A DNA stretch of 64,000 bases from Trichoplax sp. H2 (Eukaryota): the NCBI GenBank assembly GCA_003344405.1, contig NOWV01000002.1, positions 868,001-932,000 of the forward strand, in the 5' to 3' direction. The translations under genes were made by a program, and so were the position numbers. The notes under the pieces were generated by a model. It made no database searches, had not been told where the DNA came from, and worked only from the letters and a program-made list of their open reading frames with translations. Of this stretch, positions 58,701 to 64,000 are shown piece by piece (position 1 is the first letter of the stretch; each line of letters starts with the position of its first letter).

Positions 58701-61700
58701 ACAGCTGGATCTAAAGGAGATGTTGGTAATATAGGATTACAGGGCGCTGTTGGTGATCGTGGTGATGGATTACTTGGCCCAGTAGGAGCTATTGGAGATC
58801 AAGGTGTTCAAGGGCAGAAAGGTGAAGTTGGTTTTAGAGGCTTTAAAGGAAGTAAAGGTATAAAAGGTGCTCTAGGAAATCAAGGACAAACTGGTATGTA
58901 TCAACTAACCTTATGTTATTTATCTATTTCTAATCTACCGGAGAGGTCTCTTGAAAGTAATCTAAAACTAATCCATGATCATCAATTAATTAGGTACAAG
59001 TGGTAGGAATGGAACTGATGGTATTAATGGCGTTAAGGGACAGAAAGGCGAAGCTTCAGGATTGCAATTTATTGGACAGAAGGGAAGCAAGGGTATTATA
59101 GGAGATATCGGTAAGAGATTATTAGAGCCTTTAAATTTTTTATAAATTGGACAATTTTTAACCTTGAAAACAAACTGCAGGCGATGCTGGTAGTAAAGGC
59201 CTTGTGGGAAACTTTGGTGATGGAGGAGACGTTGGGGGGTTTGGAATTAAGGGTAGTCTTGGCGATAATGCACCTACAGGCTTAAAAGGAAACATTGGCG
59301 ATTCTGGATCTGTGGGTACGAAAGGGGACAAAGGTCCAGTTTCTGTAATTAAAGGATTTTTGGGAGATGCAGGTAATCTCAATAAAATATTTGTCGTTGT
59401 CAAATTGCCTACAATATTCAATCAATCGAAACATTTACAATTTGCCCTGATATTGTTCACAGGATTATCCGGTGATAAAGGTGGAATTGGATCTAGAGGG
59501 CCTATCGGTGAAAAAGGGCTACCAGGTGAAAAAGGAAACATTGGTAATATCGGTGATGATAATGTTGATCATGGAATAGATGGAACCAATGGCGCTATTG
59601 GTGATAAAGGTGATGCTGGTGTACCTGGTGTCCAAGGTCGAACTGGTGATAAAGGTAGCGTTGGTCAAACTGGAGATAAAGGAATCAAAGGAGATACAGG
59701 ATTAAAGGGCTTACAGGGTCCAATGGGCTTTCAAGGTAATTTATGAAAACTTTTGTGAATTATCTTGTATAAACCTTACTGATACCAAAATTTTAATCAA
59801 TATTATATAGGAGTTAAAGGTGATGTTGGTGATTACGGACAAAATAATTCCGTCAAAGGATTACCTGGAGATGTAGGTGATAAAGGATTTCCAAGTAATG
59901 TCGCTGATAAAGGGCTACAAGGTGAAAAAGGTATTAAAGGTGAAGTAGGCCTTAGTGGTGAAAAAGGCATATTGGGATTGCAAGGGAATACGGGAACGAC
60001 TGGTAAGCTCTTGACTAGAGAACGTTATTTACTTTATTCGCTTTTAACTGACAAATTCTTACATGTATTATTTGCAGGTAATACTGGTGATCAAGGGCCC
60101 AAAGGTTTTACTGGCGAAAAAGGAATTATAGGCGATAACTCGACGACACAAGGTGTAAAAGGAGATCGAGGAGAGCAAGGTCCTGTTGGAGAAACAGGCC
60201 CGATTGGAATACAAGGCGATATTGGAATTAAGGCTCAAGGTCAAAAAGGCGAACAAGGTCTTAATGGTTCTACTGGTGTTATTGGCGATAAAGGAATATT
60301 AGGTATTTTTTATTGATAATTTCAAGCAGTCTTTACAAGATATAGACCGATCTATAAATTTAAATGCGACATACGCATTACTTAATATTTTAACGTTTTT
60401 CTTGATGATCGAAACTTAGGTACTTCTGCGTGTGTCAGAATTACTATCGACTATAGAATGATCAAATATTTTACGCTGTTTTAAATGATGGATTTAACGT
60501 ATTTAAAGTTAAAAGTTGCGATTAGATTTCATCCAACGCTATATCATAGTAGAAATGTTCCTTAGACTTTGTCACCTATTTCTATGCATAAAATCGTCTC
60601 AGAAAGTACAGGAAATATAGAAATTTTCCTAATTTAGTGTACAGTGCAATAGAAGTATCATATATTAGAGCTATAATTCTTGTAATATCAGTAATCAATT
60701 TCGAGGTTTAAACTAAGTTTATTTATTTAAACTTTTGTGTGTATAAAAATTGAAGTCGACTATCAATTCCATTGCAAATCAGTTTATATAGTGGAAGTAT
60801 CATAATTAGAGTCAAATTTTAGATTGATATAAGATATTTCTATCATGCAATATCATATCTAAAATTCCCGGACAGTCCTCGTGATACAAATGATCTATTT
60901 GGGTTCGAATCTAAAACTTGATTATTTGTGCTTTCGTACTGAAATACTTCAAAATTACAGTCCAATATAATTTACAATTGTACACACAATAGTTTTATAA
61001 ATCGCCGTCTTAATTAGAACTAGAACTTGAGATACTGTATCGCGTAATGGTAGTATCCTGTGCTAGAGTTATAATCTTGGACATGATGTAAATCAATTTA
61101 GAATTCTAACTTAATTAATGTACTTTTGTGCCCGTCAAAATTTTAGTCAGGCATAATTTACCATGGACATAATTCTACAGAATAGAGCTACCGTAATTAG
61201 AGGAAGAATTCTGAGATACCATATTGCACGATAGAAATATTTTATGTTAGAGCCGAACTCTACCATATACTAATAATCTAGAAAGTACCGGTATATTTTA
61301 TAGTCAATCAGTACCTATACTATAATCCATTTACTATAATAACCCTATAATATTCATTATCCAGCACACATGTAGATCCGCCTTGCTAAGTTAGATACGC
61401 GTTATTTTTTATACCTTTTCAGGCGTACTAGGTCCTACGGGTGTGTTAGGCCCTCAAGGCCAAAAAGGAGAATTAGGTTTGGGCGGCATTTTCGTGTATG
61501 GAGCTAACGGTGATCAAGGTGTGAGGGGAGATCCAGGTCTTAAGGGGCCTATAGGAATGATTGGAAATGCTACTACTAAAGGAGATCCGGGCAACAAAGG
61601 TATCATAGCACCAAATATGATTGCATTGCACTATATCAAATCTCGGAATTAGCGTTAACTATTTGTTGAAATTTGTCTATCTTATAGGCGATAAAGGTCT

Positions 61701-63942
61701 ACCAGGTCAACCTGGTGATATGGGTTTAAATAGTACGCAACGTGGACTTCCAGGTGAGACAGGCGATCTCGGAGTAAAAGGAGTAATCGGTCAAGAAGGA
61801 GATATTGGCAGCATGGGGCCAAAAGGCCAACCATCACCACCAGGTACTCCTGGCCGGCCAGGCCAGAAAGGTGAACCTGGCATTCAAGGTGATGGAGGAC
61901 CGATTGGCATAATTGGACCAACTGGAGCACCTGGAAGAAATGGCTCAAAGGGAGAACGCGGTTTGCGTGGTATTCAAGGAGTTATGGGAGTTAAAGGAGA
62001 CATTGGTCAATCAGGTAGACCTGGTCTATCTATTTCTGGACCTATTGGTGAGATCGGAGAAGTAGGTATTCCAGGTATTAATGGAACTAGTGGAGATGTT
62101 GGAGAGATCGGTGATCAAGGCCCTATAGGGAGAAGAGGAGATTCAGGGCTAAAAGGCATGACAGGAGAGCAAGGACAAGCTGGAGAGGTCGGAATAAGAG
62201 GTGATAATGGCACAATTGGAGATGTAGGAGAGGCTGGCTTGCTATTTCGTAATTTGTCTGAAGTCGATTATACAATAAAAGGAGAACAAGGTGATCAAGG
62301 TTATCAAGGAATGATTGGTGATCAAGGAGTCCAAGGTGATATTGGTCCACGCGGTCTAATAGGTTATAAAGGTGATCAAGGTGGAAGCATTGATGGTGAC
62401 ATAGGGCGCAAAGGTTTAGCTAATTTAGTTAAAGGTGTACTGGGTGATGTTGGCAGTCTAGGATTATCTGGTGAAAAGGGGTTGGTCGGCATTTTAGGTT
62501 TTAAGGGCTTTCCAGGTGATCAAGGACCAAGTCGATCTTTTGCTGATGCTGGATTCCTCTTAACGGTCCATAGTCAAACTGATCAAATACCTGATTGTCC
62601 TGGCAATCGAACTCGATTATGGATAGGATATAGTTTTCTAAGTATGACGGGTAAAAGCAAACACAGTGGACAAGATTTAAGTTCAGCTGGTTCTTGTTTA
62701 AGAGCATTTTCGACGGATCCTTTCGCTTACTGTAATGGTAACAACCTCTGCCATCGAGGTGGCAATAGCATGGTTACCTATTGGTTATCAACATCGCTCA
62801 CTCCAGCTATGATGACTCTGACTGGTCTTAACATTCGACCTTATATCAGCAGGTTGATGAAACTTTAAATACTGCATACATTAATCGAATTTATAAATTT
62901 ATTAAGCTATTACTAACAAGGTTTTTCAGTTATTACTATAGTTACATGTTACAATATATCTATCGATAGTCGTTACCAATAATAAGAATAACTTAGTGTA
63001 TTCCACTTTGAATAAGTCATAAAGTGATTCGATAGTCAAGGTTTGACGTAGATTGTGAAATTGATGCAATTCAAGGATTTACGTCGGCAAGATTTCTGTA
63101 CGATGGAAGTATAGATGATGAAATTAACTAATTATAGTACAGTGCGATATTGATGTTATTATCGACAATTAACAACCTAATTAATAAGAATAAGAGTAAC
63201 AATTACATGAAAGAGATTTACATATATATCTTTCCCGTGGTTTACCATCAAGTTTTTAGTACTGTATTCGGTAATACTACAAATTTGATGATATAGCTAT
63301 GCCACCATGAATTTGATCAGTCTTTCTAATTTGTAGCATAATGATTAATTTCATGGTGGTTGATAAAGGTACATTAAATGTGTTTACTGCTGCAATATTA
63401 TTGAGCTCCAGGAGAAGCTAATTTTTATTTGATGTTTTGTTAAAATTTCAGATGCACTGTTTGTGAAGCTGAAGCAAATTCTATTGCACTCCATAGCCAG
63501 TCTCAAACTCCACCTTCCTGCCCAAGTGGCTATGAATTGTTGTGGCAGGGCTACAGCTACTGGATGGTAAGATAATTAGTTGATAATGCTTCGATTTGAT
63601 CATGATTTGGTAATTGAGTGAATTGTTCCTGTACGTAATTTGCATGTGATTTGATATATTGCATTTTAATTGCAGCATACCGGTCAAGGAAAATCTGTAG
63701 CAGGCCAAGACCTCTCTTCTCCTGGTTCTTGCTTAAGACGGTTCCAGTCAATGCCATTTATTGAGTGTGATGGTCCTTCTGGTAGCTGTTTCTTTTACAG
63801 CAATTCTAAGAGCTTTTGGGTTACAGCAGTCAATGTTACCGATCAATTTGAGCCGCCGACTGCTACTGTACTCAATTTTAACGATAACCCTCAATCTTAT
63901 ATCAGTAGATGCAGTGTTTGTTTAAGGAAATTTACGACCTAG
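52736..63942 (+). CDS. Type IV collagen, alpha2-like chain, divergent from the alpha1-like gene
   Basis: Signal peptide MMRKAKIFIIAALLWLCLLHLKAHA, then Gly-X-Y exons from ~54774 to ~62530. NC1 reads GFLLTVHSQT...GQDLSSAGSCL...PAMMTL...PFIECDGPSGSC...ISRCSVC. The extra residue in CDGPSGSC and the MM motif are alpha2-type. Stop at 63940-63942. Confidence 0.95.
53375..53551. repeat. ~88-bp diverged tandem duplication in intron 1 of the + strand collagen
   Basis: gatcat(g/a)aaagtatcat...tttctagatga(t/c)ga...aaatcaagtctaa(a/g)ttag occurs twice in tandem. Confidence 0.75.
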
Positions 63943-64000
63943 ATACATCATTCAATTCAATTATCGTATTTAAATAATGTTATTAATACGCATTCAATTT

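Noticed and set aside
38766..62707. Many antisense or shifted-frame Pro/Leu-rich ORFs across both collagen genes
   Set aside because: They are shadows of Gly-X-Y codon periodicity, with no independent coding evidence.

Overview
AT-rich, intron-dense eukaryotic genomic DNA from a compact animal genome. The short introns, low GC and head-to-head collagen IV pair suggest a placozoan such as Trichoplax, but this is inference. Genes I could assemble exon by exon, in order: TBC1D23 (+), SERP1/RAMP4 (-), UPF3 (+), a short Rubicon-homology (PLEKHM1/3-like) protein (-), mannose-6-phosphate isomerase (+), tRNA-Leu(UAG) (-), a NALF/FAM155/Mid1-like NALCN auxiliary subunit (+), and a divergent pair of complete type IV collagen genes (alpha1-like on -, alpha2-like on +). 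Non-coding structure includes palindromic CAGTAC/GTACTG clusters near gene 5' ends, a ~155-bp inverted-repeat element upstream of SERP1, two hairpins sharing ATGGACTA/TAGTCCAT ends, an alternating A-B ~170-bp tandem array, several short tandem duplications and a probable haplotype-overlap artefact at the N gap. I found no prokaryote-type system (CRISPR, transposase, operon). All exon calls are by eye.
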